Shown: piece by piece, positions 19,301-28,429 of the stretch
Layout: every line of letters begins with the position of its first letter
Position numbering within the stretch: the first letter of the stretch is position 1
IMG/VR virus record: IMGVR_UViG_3300047550_000958
Location: 1-41,690 of that record
Direction: 5' to 3' (one strand)
Length of the DNA: 41,690 nt
Source of the DNA: a virus
Lineage: Duplodnaviria > Caudoviricetes
Notes under the pieces: generated by a model
Databases searched by the model: none
What the model was told of the DNA's origin: nothing
What the model saw: the letters and a program-made list of their open reading frames with translations, nothing else
Program-made: the position numbers and the translations under genes

Positions 19301-19582
19301 CGTGTCACTAGCGCCCTGCTGATACGGCAGACTGCCAGCAGCGCCACCGGAAAGATCCGCAGCGACAACCGTCGTGGAGGAACTGTCGAGGAGGGTGCGG
19401 ACATTGGATCCATCCCACCACTTGAGAACTCGGGCAGAGGCTGAACCAGTCGTGTCGGTCCAGAAGTATCCGATGTCGCCACCAGATGACAGCGTCGGGT
19501 TCCCGGTGCCGATGTTATAGACCTTGAAGTCTTGAACCTCGTTCTTGTTGAGCGTGATGGAGTTTAGAAACGGAACTGCCAT
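16358..19582 (-). CDS. Long fibre protein
   Basis: 1074 aa, G/S/T/A-rich; ATKGYVDSVAQGLDVK...RILVKDQ...ENGIYV domain; repeated (R/N)LGIGTxxP and MxLDSSGNLG units. Confidence 0.85.
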   Translation of the reverse strand: MAVPFLNSITLNKNEVQDFKVYNIGTGNPTLSSGGDIGYFWTDTTGSASARVLKWWDGSNVRTLLDSSSTTVVAADLSGGAAGSLPYQQGASDTTFLGIGTAGQVLSVASGVPAWVNQSSLAVGSATTATTADKVANALTAGTYLTSGGTFDGSTARTFAVDATDANTASKVVARDGSGNFSAGTITASLSGNASTATNVSGGAAGQLLYQSGLATTAKLGVGTDGYILTYDGTNTKPKWSASIPSGSVSGLAASATTDTTNAANITSGLLPLARLALANGQFYVGNASNNPVATAKSSIPLSGFGALTADLDIAGFNIINSGNVTSGSAGSTLATKGYVDSVAQGLDVKGSCKVASTVNITLSAPGSITIDGVSSATFTSGTTRILVKDQSAQAENGIYVWNGTGSAMTRASDADTWEELVGAFTFVEEGTANADSGWVCTANAGGTLGTTAVTWTKFSQAGSYTAGNGMVLSGGVFHFAQSSAYTAGQIPFASSTSAIGFSSNLFWDNGNSRLGIGTASPNLTLSVAGDIGSNAWIGRANVATPTADAAMYRAADNTIAFSTANVERLRIDSSGRLGIGTASPSVDLEVGDSTGTRTVKISGNTSILNLGYGTIRSGPSVGDVRILSDRFRLYNEAGSQIALNVASTGATDWYTSGSLKMSLDSSGNLGLGVTPSTANTPTLQTPYGHIAGVYQFNALANAYYNGGWKYTNTGVATVYRQDAGVHSWCSAASGSAGATVTDFNTAKMTLDASGNLGVGVTTVGERIHASGNIKAAGTAGTFPRFISEVGAKSWATGYRSGTTSFEIWEDSTTRLAIANGGQIQVGINGTTSAPAITLGANTDTGIYWPTNSDTLALAVGGSDAIYIDSSRNVGIGTATPANKTQIQIAPTATQLDGIRITDSTRVAIFGSTGSSYNYRGIGANEVAFYANAALNLVSDGSVIKFTAGSGGECLRIKTTGQLNLTGLNSAPTGAVGDLYYNSTSNTLQYHNNSAFQQLSRKYTVALNDGSVTVSGNAYTITHNMGSKDITVSVRRTTDDVVVFADVSMPSTTTATVTFAAAITAANYVVTVIG

Positions 19583-19588
19583 AGTGTC

Positions 19589-20200
19589 TTAGAAGTTGAG
19601 GTAAGCGATTCCGGTACAAGCACCGGGGAAGTGGACGTTTACAGTGTTTGCGGACGGATATTCGACCTCAGCCCAACCAGCGCGGTTGAGGATCTGATCT
19701 ATTACCCAAACAGTCGGGTAAGCATTGAGGTTGTGGTTAATCACCCAAGGGTTGGCACTGACCGACTGCGTGTGCGTGTAGGTCGTCGCCCCGATGGTGC
19801 TGCGCTGCTGGGTAGCCGTGGCGTCGTCGAGGATGGCCTTGCCCTGCGGCGTGATGTCGCCACCCAGCTTGGTCGTGTTGACCACACCGGGCTGGATTGT
19901 GGTCGAGTTGCTGTTGGCTGAAGCCGCGACGTCACCGGTCAGAGCCGCACGCTCGAAGCTGACCTGACCAGCCGTTGCCCAGTTTGCGACTACCGTGGTC
20001 GAGTTCCCAACAACTCGCTCCAGCGTAAGAGTCCCATTGGCGGACTTGACCAGATACTCGGCATTGACCGGAGCGCCCGCCGCAGAAACGAGATTGTACA
20101 GATCATCGAAGTTGTCGTTGCACTTGATGAACGCATCCCGCAGCGGATCGCCTGTACCGTCATTCGGTACTATTCCGACATCAATGTCCTGCTGTGCCAT
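19589..20200 (-). CDS. Fibre/spike structural protein with T4 gp9/gp10-like N-terminus
   Basis: MAQQDIDVGIVPNDGTGDPLRDAFIKCNDNFDDLY; C-terminal WVINHNL..YP.V domain. Start trimmed from the ORF track. Confidence 0.75.
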   Translation of the reverse strand: MAQQDIDVGIVPNDGTGDPLRDAFIKCNDNFDDLYNLVSAAGAPVNAEYLVKSANGTLTLERVVGNSTTVVANWATAGQVSFERAALTGDVAASANSNSTTIQPGVVNTTKLGGDITPQGKAILDDATATQQRSTIGATTYTHTQSVSANPWVINHNLNAYPTVWVIDQILNRAGWAEVEYPSANTVNVHFPGACTGIAYLNF

Positions 20201-20564
20201 ACGTCTTGGTGAACCTCTTGTTGCCGGAGGAATAACCAACCTGCAACTTTGTTCCCCCACATTTCACACGCACCTCCGGGTTGTCGCGCTCCACCTCCCG
20301 CAAGAACTGCGAATCACGCCAGCATTCGTAGCCGAGTTTGGCTCCCCAATGATGGTAAAGCGTCGGGTCAATCCGCATGCGAAGGCGTCCGATGCCGTCG
20401 ATTGATCGCAGGTCTGTCTGGCTGTCCTTGGCGATGCGCTTCTGATGCACCTCCGCATCTACCAGCTCCTTGTGATAGCCGGTGGCCAATTCCTTCACCA
20501 CTTCCTGCCTGAGATTAGCCGGAAGTCCTTCGAGTACGTTGTCTAGTATAGGTTGTTGCTTCAT
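20181..20564 (-). CDS. Conserved phage protein downstream of the major capsid gene
   Basis: 127 aa; GRLRMRIDP...YHHW...W.D.QFL...NPE. Confidence 0.7.
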   Translation of the reverse strand: MKQQPILDNVLEGLPANLRQEVVKELATGYHKELVDAEVHQKRIAKDSQTDLRSIDGIGRLRMRIDPTLYHHWGAKLGYECWRDSQFLREVERDNPEVRVKCGGTKLQVGYSSGNKRFTKTYGTAGH

Positions 20565-20571
20565 AGGATAG

Positions 20572-20609
20572 AAAAAAGGGGAGCACCCACCCGTTGGCAG
20601 ATGCTCCCC
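20572..20609 (-). terminator. Rho-independent terminator after the major capsid gene
   Basis: Minus strand GGGGAGCA...TGCTCCCC followed by TTTTTT. Confidence 0.85.
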
Positions 20610-20623
20610 GTTGCGTTTAGCGA

Positions 20624-21682
20624 TTACGAGGCACCAGCGAACATGCCGAACCCAGCGGGGTTCTTCACAACCAGACCAGCGATGGCCTGAACCAAACGGA
20701 TCGGGCCGCCGCCAGCGTCAGGGAGATCCTTGACCTCGGGCAGCTTGGCATAGCGGATTTCCACCATGTCCATCGGGATGACGTATCCACGGTAGGCTTC
20801 AGCCGACAGAGCCGCGCTGTTCTTGCCACCGATGAAGGTGGTGGGGTGCAGCACGAGGCGACCGAAGTCACCCTCAAACACGTCGATGGACGAGGAAAAG
20901 GTGCTGCTGGACAGCTCCGAATTGAACGTGCGAACCGTGGAAGCCGCAATGGTGTTGGTGTTCGGGACCTCAGTGGTCTTGGACGCGGTGAGGTTGGTGA
21001 ACGCACGCTTCAGGGTCGTGCCGAGGATACAGTCATAGTCACGGAACACGCCCGTGTTGCTGTAGATGGCGGTGAGAACGTTCTGCACCGTGCTCTCAGC
21101 GAAGTTCGCGGAAGTCACGCTGGAGATGGCGTTCGTGGCAGCCGAACCCGGGGTCACGCCACCCGCAGGAGCGAATGCAGAACCGGAGGCAAGAGCGCCG
21201 ATGTTGGAGCTGTTGGTTCCGAGCAGCCAATTACCAAGCGAGCTAGTCTGGTAGGCATTGCTGGAACCGTTGTCCTGCTGCGCCAGTTGATTGGTGCAGA
21301 GGAAGGTGCTCTCCATGTCGCGCTTGATCTCGACGAGGAGCTTGGAAACCGCATAAGCAACCTCGCTGGCAGCACCGGCAACGTTGCTGGTCTCGGCGAT
21401 GAAGCCGGTCCGGCTGTTGCGGCGGAACGCCTGAGCGTAGTTCGTGAGACGAGTACGATTGGCCGACTCGTTGGTGTACGAGGACACGTCCGTGCCGTCG
21501 ATGACGCCACCAAGCTGAGGCGAGCTGTAGTTGTCCACCTGCCAGCTCATAATGACGTTTCCAAGATCCTTCCCCTTGGGAGCGAGGCTCACAAAGGGAC
21601 AACTTTTAGCGTCGACGTTAGCGATATAATCGGCCAATTCCTCGCGGACGCCGACCTGATTGTTGATACCAAGATATGCCAT
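20624..21682 (-). CDS. Major capsid protein (DUF5309/SU10-like)
   Basis: 352 aa; GVREELADYIANVD...PF...W.VD, EIKRDME, FEGDFG; follows the scaffold and precedes a terminator. Confidence 0.88.
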   Translation of the reverse strand: MAYLGINNQVGVREELADYIANVDAKSCPFVSLAPKGKDLGNVIMSWQVDNYSSPQLGGVIDGTDVSSYTNESANRTRLTNYAQAFRRNSRTGFIAETSNVAGAASEVAYAVSKLLVEIKRDMESTFLCTNQLAQQDNGSSNAYQTSSLGNWLLGTNSSNIGALASGSAFAPAGGVTPGSAATNAISSVTSANFAESTVQNVLTAIYSNTGVFRDYDCILGTTLKRAFTNLTASKTTEVPNTNTIAASTVRTFNSELSSSTFSSSIDVFEGDFGRLVLHPTTFIGGKNSAALSAEAYRGYVIPMDMVEIRYAKLPEVKDLPDAGGGPIRLVQAIAGLVVKNPAGFGMFAGAS

Positions 21683-21686
21683 GTTA

Positions 21687-22718
21687 TTAGCCCTTTCGGA
21701 TCAAAGTATGTTGAAGCAACCGTGCCAGCTCGGCAGGACTACCGCTTTGGTTGAAGCTCTTCCTCGCAGCTTTGACAGCCTCTGAATTCTTGTCGGCGGA
21801 CTTGGCAGGAGCCGCTTTAGGCGCTGCTGGTTGCTTTGGGGCCACCTTCACGGGTGCCTTCTGCACTTTTGCAGCCTTGTCGCGTTCCATTCTCATCTTT
21901 CGACCTTCTAGGAAGTCACCGATGGCAATCTGATAGTCCGGGAACGCTGCAAGCTGCGGCATTTGCCTCAGCACCTGCTGCGCTTCCGAGTACGTCGGGT
22001 TGCTACGGTCCTTCCACCAAGGATAGGTGGCTTCAGCAACTGGCCTGACCTGTTTGTAGGTGCTCAGAAACTGGTGACGCGTCGGGATGTGAACATCCAG
22101 TGCGTCCTCCACACGGCGTCGGATCGCTTTGATCTCGTCCGCCGAGTATTCCTTGCCTCCTACCTCGCAGCCGTCTGCGTTGTCCTCGCACCACCGCTTC
22201 AGATCCCGGGCCTTGCGATACTCCTCCGAGAGTTTCGCTTCATCCCAGACATCCGAAAAAGGGTTCTCGGCACTTACAACCGGCTGCGGAACAGATGCCT
22301 GTTGCTCAAGTTGTTCCAGCTTCGTCCGCGCATCGTTCAGCTCGCGCTCCAAGGCTTCGGCTTTGGCAGCCGCTTCCTTCTTCTGAGCAACCAGCTTGTT
22401 AATACGCTTCTGGACGCCTGCTGGCTCGTCCTCGGCTTCAGATTCTGTCTGCTGCTGGGAGTCTTCCTCCTCAGCGGTGGCCTCCACGGGTGACACCTCC
22501 CCGTCCTCAGATGTCTCGGATGTCTGAGCCTCCTCGGCGACCGGCTCATCTGCACTCACAGCGGCTGGTTCCGGTTCCTCGACTGGTTTGTTGTCATCCG
22601 ACTGGATCAGCCGGGATTCCAACAGTTTCGCCAACGCCGCCGAGTCGAAGGTCAGCGGATTGATTTGTGGTGCCGTGTTTTGGGAGGGTGTCGCTTCCCC
22701 GGTTTTTGTTGCTTCCAT
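21687..22718 (-). CDS. Capsid scaffolding protein
   Basis: Acidic N-terminus, GVQKRINKLVAQKK coiled coil, P/A/K-rich C-terminus; directly upstream of the capsid gene. Confidence 0.8.
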   Translation of the reverse strand: MEATKTGEATPSQNTAPQINPLTFDSAALAKLLESRLIQSDDNKPVEEPEPAAVSADEPVAEEAQTSETSEDGEVSPVEATAEEEDSQQQTESEAEDEPAGVQKRINKLVAQKKEAAAKAEALERELNDARTKLEQLEQQASVPQPVVSAENPFSDVWDEAKLSEEYRKARDLKRWCEDNADGCEVGGKEYSADEIKAIRRRVEDALDVHIPTRHQFLSTYKQVRPVAEATYPWWKDRSNPTYSEAQQVLRQMPQLAAFPDYQIAIGDFLEGRKMRMERDKAAKVQKAPVKVAPKQPAAPKAAPAKSADKNSEAVKAARKSFNQSGSPAELARLLQHTLIRKG

Positions 22719-22753
22719 GCTTTTTAGGCCCTGCAAGTCGGGCTACTGAGACA

Positions 22754-22771
22754 GCGTTTAACGTTAAACGC
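22754..22771. promoter_or_regulatory. Perfect 18-bp palindrome GCGTTTAACGTTAAACGC (candidate operator)
   Basis: In the intergenic gap upstream of the scaffold gene, downstream of a minus-strand TTGACG. Confidence 0.6.
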
Positions 22772-22821
22772 AGAAAGTAAAAAAAGAGATGGTCTCCTTT
22801 AACGGTAACGTCAACTAGTAA

Positions 22822-23058
22822 TTACTCGGTGGCTTCCAGCTTTAGGCCAAGATCTAGGAGCAGCTCCTTGAGATCATTGGCTCCGGCAGCCCTTCCGCAG
22901 TTGTAGGCCCTAGCCTCCGGGGAGAGGTTGGAATTAATTGCTGAAAGCATCTCGTCAGCAATGAATTCACCCATCACCTGACGCAAAGCACGCAGTATCG
23001 CCTCATGTTCTCCTACTCCAGAGAACGCCAACTCGATCTGTTCCTTGGTCAGTTTCAT
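22822..23058 (-). CDS. Small protein between portal and scaffold (Bbp19-like position)
   Basis: 78 aa; RAYNCGRAAG motif; ATGA overlap with the portal gene. Confidence 0.65.
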   Translation of the reverse strand: MKLTKEQIELAFSGVGEHEAILRALRQVMGEFIADEMLSAINSNLSPEARAYNCGRAAGANDLKELLLDLGLKLEATE

Positions 23059-25163
23059 TGAGGCTGATTTCCGGGCTGCACTCCGAGGCGTCCAGTCATC
23101 GCGTTTTGCTGCTGTTGGACACTGAATTGCAGGTTCTCAAGATACTTTTGCAGGTTTGCTTGGAACAACGGATCCGACTGGGCCTGCTGCTGATATTTCG
23201 GGTTCGCCTCCAAGATCTGCTGCGCGAAGTTAAGCCTCGCTTGAGCTGTGGCGTCGTTCTCACGCAGTTTGGGCGGATTCCCTAGGCTCATCAGACCCAA
23301 CTCATCGTTGGTCTCGTCGAACATCTTCTGGCTCGCAGGTCCAGCCTGCATAATAAGCTCATTCGCCAGCGTCGGATCAATCGCACGCAGCGCCAGACCC
23401 ACGAGCTTGGTGCGATCCACCACGCCTACGCTGTCCAGCGGCAACACGAGGCTAGAAAGCGCCTTGAGCTTCTCTGTCACAAGGTCGGTCTGCAGCTCGC
23501 GCACGTCGAACTTGAGGCTGACATCAAACTCTTGGACGTTGGTGCTCAGAGGAACGTTGCTGCCGGTGATACGAGCCACCTCTTCTGGTCCAGTGTACTG
23601 CAGCGTTAGGCTCAGGACCTGCCGGAACGCCTCGGTCCAGCCGTGCAGCCAGTTGTTCACAAGCCTCTGCTGCCGCATCTGAGTGAGCGCAGGAGGCACC
23701 TTCTCGGTGGGCCTGCCAAAGTACCTGTCCACCTGCGTCTCGATGGCTGCGATGAGGTTGAACGCCACCGACGGCTCCCGAGCGGGAGGCTGCATGAACG
23801 AGATCTCGCCCGGACGCAGCACCGGAATCTGCACCGCAGGCCCAAGACGCAGATTTCCGCCCCTCGTCTTAGGAACTTGGATGGGAGGAATCGTGTTGAG
23901 GCTCGTGTAATCGAATATCGAATCACGCTGGGCCTTGATCTCGTTCTGCCACGTCGCGCAGATCTCAGGAACGCCCCGGCTCTCGACGATCTTCCGGTGG
24001 ATCACCTCGCTACGCCACACAATGAACGGGTACTGGCCGTGCTCGTAGTCGATCAGCTCGAACTTGCCCCAAGAATCTCCTACTTGTGGACAGAATACTG
24101 TACAGTAAACGCCCGGGACACCGTCCTCATCGAGCGCCTTCTGGTACGCGTAGACCACCTCAATGAGGTTTGTACGATCCAGCAAGGCATTGTTTGTGAG
24201 ACCAATCGTATAGGTGTAGTCGCTGAAGTTGCTGAACCGTCCGCGAGTGGCAATCGCCTGCTTGGCCCATTCCTCATCCCACTCGTCCGTCTCCACATGC
24301 TGCATCACCTCAATCTCGGTCATGTAGCAGCGGCGGAAAACCACACGCGCGCTCTGGATGTCGGTGGTCTCCGGAGGGAACGCCAGCTCGTCGTATGGAG
24401 CCAATGCCGCCACGCTCGGAGCGTTCTTCACGAGCGTCGGGACATAGATCTCGCACTCTCCTTCATCACGCAGATCCTGAACGCATTTCAGAGCCTTGCG
24501 CTTCTTTAGATTCGGGAAAGCCGCCATGAGCAGCTCGGCCAACTGATCGGTGGCATCCGGATTGGCCAGAAGATTCGGAAGGTCCGCCAGCACGCTGCCT
24601 TGAGGGCTTTGCGCCGCGATCTGCATAAGCTGCTCAACCGTGACGTACTGCTCCTTTTGCCCGATCTCCTGCTGCCAGCTCACATGGCATCCGGCCCAGC
24701 CGTAGGTCCACAGGTACTGACTCAGCAGCTCCACCTCACGGGTCATGTCCGTGTAAAGCTTCTGGTTCATAACCCAGTCCATGAGGCTGTGCGCCGTCAC
24801 CGCGGTGTCCAGATTCCGCACGTTGGTCGGGGCCACTCGCAGCATGCTCCTCCAGAAGGCCGTGGAACACACATCCACCAGTCCGTTCACCACCTCGTCA
24901 GCCAGCGGGATCCGCGTATCGGACGCACCATCCCAAGGAAACGCTCCCTTGCCGTTCGGCTGGTTGTCGTTCCACTTCTTTCCATCCTCACTCTGGCCAG
25001 CCCAGCGGCAGTACCTCGTGTTCTCAACTCGGTCCACCCGGGATCCGATCCCGTAGTCGGTAGCCGCACGCCTCAGCTCCTCCAAAAGCGCAGACACATC
25101 CGGCTCATTGCCGACATGCGCCATCGTATCACCGGGAGTCTTGTAGCTAGTATCGCTCGTCAT
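23055..25163 (-). CDS. Portal protein
   Basis: About 702 aa after TerL; FPWDGASD, YPF, SRGVPE, Q-rich C-terminal barrel-like tail. Start chosen at MTSDT. Confidence 0.85.
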   Translation of the reverse strand: MTSDTSYKTPGDTMAHVGNEPDVSALLEELRRAATDYGIGSRVDRVENTRYCRWAGQSEDGKKWNDNQPNGKGAFPWDGASDTRIPLADEVVNGLVDVCSTAFWRSMLRVAPTNVRNLDTAVTAHSLMDWVMNQKLYTDMTREVELLSQYLWTYGWAGCHVSWQQEIGQKEQYVTVEQLMQIAAQSPQGSVLADLPNLLANPDATDQLAELLMAAFPNLKKRKALKCVQDLRDEGECEIYVPTLVKNAPSVAALAPYDELAFPPETTDIQSARVVFRRCYMTEIEVMQHVETDEWDEEWAKQAIATRGRFSNFSDYTYTIGLTNNALLDRTNLIEVVYAYQKALDEDGVPGVYCTVFCPQVGDSWGKFELIDYEHGQYPFIVWRSEVIHRKIVESRGVPEICATWQNEIKAQRDSIFDYTSLNTIPPIQVPKTRGGNLRLGPAVQIPVLRPGEISFMQPPAREPSVAFNLIAAIETQVDRYFGRPTEKVPPALTQMRQQRLVNNWLHGWTEAFRQVLSLTLQYTGPEEVARITGSNVPLSTNVQEFDVSLKFDVRELQTDLVTEKLKALSSLVLPLDSVGVVDRTKLVGLALRAIDPTLANELIMQAGPASQKMFDETNDELGLMSLGNPPKLRENDATAQARLNFAQQILEANPKYQQQAQSDPLFQANLQKYLENLQFSVQQQQNAMTGRLGVQPGNQPQ

Positions 25164-25171
25164 TTTGCCTT

Positions 25172-27019
25172 TCAGTAGGTTCCACCACCCCAAGATTGCA
25201 AGCCATTCGGCCCAATATGCTCAACCTTGGAAATCAACAACATCCCCAAGCAATCAATCGGGTCCTTAGAAGCACCCTTCTGCCCATCCCGTCCAGTATG
25301 CTCGCTCAGGCACCAGATCAGGTTGTGGCAGTCATCCACAATGTAGAGCTTTGGCTCGTTCAACGCCGTCAGCGGCTGGGTGCTGTCATAGCTCAGACTC
25401 GAGTTGATGGCAGCGATGCGCTGGTCTACCGGAACTCCGGGCGCAGGCACAAAGGCCATGCCCTCGTCATCCCCGGGTTCGGCTATTAGGTCGATCAATG
25501 TCGTCCCACCCTCGTTGCTCAAGGCCGGACTCCCACCAGCCCTCGGGTCAATCAGCCGCATCACAGGCTCACCTCGGCCAAGCTCCTCCTCGATGGAACG
25601 GAACAACTGCCGGTACTCGCCAACGCTCCGGCCAGCCTCTAGCGTCTGAGCAGGTCCAGCCTTGCCATCCGATTTCTCACTAGGAAGCGCCCATTCCCCA
25701 AAACCAGCGAAATCCGGGAACTCTTTAACGATAACTTTACGTCCATCCTCGTATACCAGCATCCAAAGGCAGAACCAGTTCCTAGATCCAGCCGGGTCGC
25801 AGACCATGTAGAGCGTCCCACCATCAGGGATCTTGCTTCGAGGAATGCAATGCGTCTCCGGCCTGAACCGCGCAAAGGCTTTCCCAATGTTATCAGACGC
25901 CCAGCCGTAGGCTCTGGTGAGCACCTGCCCCATAGGCGCACCCACCAGTTTGGACTTCATCTCGCTGAACGGGTTGTACGGGTTGTCCTCAGAGAAGAAG
26001 AACACAGTGCTCCTATTGTTCTTCTCCAGCCGCATCACCCTCGGAGCCTTACCCACCGGCCAGCCGGGTAGCCCCTGCTTACCATTCAGCAGATCACCTT
26101 CCTTCCACTCAGTAATCGCCGCACCCCCGGTGAACTCCCGGTACACACTGGCCACACCCTCCAGCGGCGTCTGAGTGACCAGCAACTTGCCCCTACGCGT
26201 AACCAAACGGTATCTCAGCGTATCTACCCAGCTCTGCGGGACCAGCTCATCACACCAGATCAGGTCCGCTTCCCGACCCTCGATGGTGTTCTCCGACTGC
26301 GTGTAGTTCAGAAAGTCACAGCGGGAGCCGTTAGGCAGGATGAAGCTACCGTCCGTGAAACCGTTCTTCCGGCTGTAGTTCAGATAGTGGATCTTGCCCT
26401 TCTTGGTCTGCCGTAGGGCTATCGGCAGGTAGTGGTAGATCGCTGGCTGCTGCACCGTCACAGACGTGGCATTGCTCGTATGGCAGCACAGCACGTTGCA
26501 GTTCTCCTTGGCCAGTAGCGTGTCCACCACTCGCCGCGCCGCCCACAACGTCTTGCCAGCACGGTTACCACCGGAGATCAGCAACTCACTACACTCGCCC
26601 CACACCCGATTCGCCAGCTCCCAATGGTCAGGTACGAATCCGTAGGTGTAGGGGTCAGCCTTCTCCAGAAGCACTAGCTGGGTACGCTTGTCCCTTAGCT
26701 CCAATGCCCTCGGATGCTGTGCGCTAACCTTCGGGATAACCGGATGCTCCGGCTGGCTGTTGGTCCACTCGATCTGGTGCTTCTCGCTACAGAACCGACC
26801 AGTCTCACGGTCCGGGGTAAACGACCGGGAGCAGATCAGGCAAGGGCGAGGGGAGAACTTGGACTGCTTCAGGAGCTGGGTTGGGGATATTTTTTCTTTC
26901 AGGGAATGCGTCACCGTTGACCGCCTGCCGGAACCCTCGACCCCCTCCCCCCCTGCCTCGGTTGCCGCTGGTATGACCGGATCGGAAACGTCACGATGAT
27001 ACTGGCTAATGCTTGGCAT
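25172..27019 (-). CDS. terL: Terminase large subunit
   Basis: Walker A GGNRAGKT, Walker B LIWCDE, motif III TQTP, nuclease VCDPAG...KDPID; N-terminal CxxC...C...H finger. Confidence 0.92.
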   Translation of the reverse strand: MPSISQYHRDVSDPVIPAATEAGGEGVEGSGRRSTVTHSLKEKISPTQLLKQSKFSPRPCLICSRSFTPDRETGRFCSEKHQIEWTNSQPEHPVIPKVSAQHPRALELRDKRTQLVLLEKADPYTYGFVPDHWELANRVWGECSELLISGGNRAGKTLWAARRVVDTLLAKENCNVLCCHTSNATSVTVQQPAIYHYLPIALRQTKKGKIHYLNYSRKNGFTDGSFILPNGSRCDFLNYTQSENTIEGREADLIWCDELVPQSWVDTLRYRLVTRRGKLLVTQTPLEGVASVYREFTGGAAITEWKEGDLLNGKQGLPGWPVGKAPRVMRLEKNNRSTVFFFSEDNPYNPFSEMKSKLVGAPMGQVLTRAYGWASDNIGKAFARFRPETHCIPRSKIPDGGTLYMVCDPAGSRNWFCLWMLVYEDGRKVIVKEFPDFAGFGEWALPSEKSDGKAGPAQTLEAGRSVGEYRQLFRSIEEELGRGEPVMRLIDPRAGGSPALSNEGGTTLIDLIAEPGDDEGMAFVPAPGVPVDQRIAAINSSLSYDSTQPLTALNEPKLYIVDDCHNLIWCLSEHTGRDGQKGASKDPIDCLGMLLISKVEHIGPNGLQSWGGGTY

Positions 27020-27061
27020 CAGATCCTTTCAACTAAATATAATACCTATTGTGCACTGCGC

Positions 27062-27703
27062 TTAGGAGGCGTCCGGCATGACCTCAGCGTTGGTTTCGAC
27101 GTCGACTGTCGGGCCACCTTGCTTGGTGCCCAGCTCCTTCATCAGGTCTCGGTGGGTCGTCGTTACCGTTAAAGATGCGTGAATACTGGTGGGTTGGCCC
27201 TTTGTGACCGCCAACTTGTCCGTGAGGATGGCAATAGACACGGGCACTGTCCTACTATCAATCTCATCCATCCCGTTCTCTGCCAAGCGTTTAGTGCCCT
27301 TCCAGATGGCTATTTCCATGAAGGAAATGACATCTGATCGCCAACCTTCCTCCGTGGTGGGGTAATCCTGTGGAACCTTAACGCCACGAATGAGTTTGAA
27401 CGCTGTGTGTTCTGTGAGCTGGGTATCGGCTGCTATGGTGGCCAGAGGCTTGTTCTCTAGGATACCTGCCACGATCAGGTCGGCCTTGTCTTGGGTTAGC
27501 TTGTCGTTGTGGTGCTGATCTGGGTGATGGGAGAAGGTATAGCCTCGCTCTTGGCAGAGCGCCTTGATGCGTTCCCGTTCCTCTTCAGGGACTCTTGGAT
27601 CGTCCTTGAGCGCCCAAGTGATGCGATTGCGGTGTGTACCAAGCTCCTTGGCTAGGGAGTTCAAGGAAACGTCTTTGCCGAGGTTCTTGGTGGGTTTAGC
27701 CAT
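27062..27703 (-). CDS. Putative terminase small subunit with LacI-like HTH
   Basis: Immediately upstream of terL; N-terminal SLNSLAKELG...ITWALKDDPRV.EE.RERI...GY; second HTH; C-terminal IAILTDK...GQPT. Confidence 0.6.
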   Translation of the reverse strand: MAKPTKNLGKDVSLNSLAKELGTHRNRITWALKDDPRVPEEERERIKALCQERGYTFSHHPDQHHNDKLTQDKADLIVAGILENKPLATIAADTQLTEHTAFKLIRGVKVPQDYPTTEEGWRSDVISFMEIAIWKGTKRLAENGMDEIDSRTVPVSIAILTDKLAVTKGQPTSIHASLTVTTTHRDLMKELGTKQGGPTVDVETNAEVMPDAS

Positions 27704-27706
27704 ACC

Positions 27707-28423
27707 CTACAGCTTGAAGTTAAAGTCTCCCCAGTGCCTGAGGGGTTCTTGTGGGGTATATATTAGTTGCGGCATACCGGCTAGGGTTAGCCTAGCCGAG
27801 GCGGCATAGTCCTCGGATAGGTATTCCTTGCCCTTGTCGCACTCCATGACGAAGGGCATCCAGAGTGTGGGGAAGTGACCGGCCATCTCATCGTTGCACC
27901 ATTGGATGCGGTAGGGTTCCGGCATCTCGGTGGTCTCAAGTAGCCGGATGGCCTTGATAAGGGCTTCTCTGGGTATGGCTACGGCACCAGAGGCGAAGAA
28001 CATGATGGGCTTGAGGCTGGGATCATCTTCTAGGGGCTGGATATCCCCGGGCTTTGGCCTGTGGGCTGGCCGTGGCGGTAGTGCTCGGCAGGAGTAGGGC
28101 ATGCACACCGCAGCTTGGTGCTTGTACGCATGGTCTGCCATTGCCATAAGATCCTTATGCTCAAATTGGATGTCATGGTCTAACTGAATCCAAACATCCT
28201 TGTCATCATCGAGGAAGAACTTGGTAGCTCTGCAACGTGACCTGCTAATTAGCGCATCCTCTCTGATTGTACGCAAAGCAGCATAACGCGTACGTTGCGC
28301 AAAGTAATTAGCCAGATCTATCCAAGAGGTTAATACCGCCGAATGCATATCACCATAGGCATAGCAGGTAACATGCACTGAGGGTGGTTTATCAATTATC
28401 TCCACTGATTTGATATTACTCAT
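27707..28423 (-). CDS. GT-A fold glycosyltransferase
   Basis: 238 aa; ALISRSR, IQLDHDIQF (DxD), YLSEDYA. Confidence 0.75.
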   Translation of the reverse strand: MSNIKSVEIIDKPPSVHVTCYAYGDMHSAVLTSWIDLANYFAQRTRYAALRTIREDALISRSRCRATKFFLDDDKDVWIQLDHDIQFEHKDLMAMADHAYKHQAAVCMPYSCRALPPRPAHRPKPGDIQPLEDDPSLKPIMFFASGAVAIPREALIKAIRLLETTEMPEPYRIQWCNDEMAGHFPTLWMPFVMECDKGKEYLSEDYAASARLTLAGMPQLIYTPQEPLRHWGDFNFKL

Positions 28424-28429
28424 AGTATA

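Noticed and set aside
20846-24509. Long plus-strand ORFs (e.g. 20846-21754, 23643-24509; also 5-799, 1858-2640)
   Set aside because: Antisense shadows of well-supported minus-strand genes; no motifs, and explained by codon bias.
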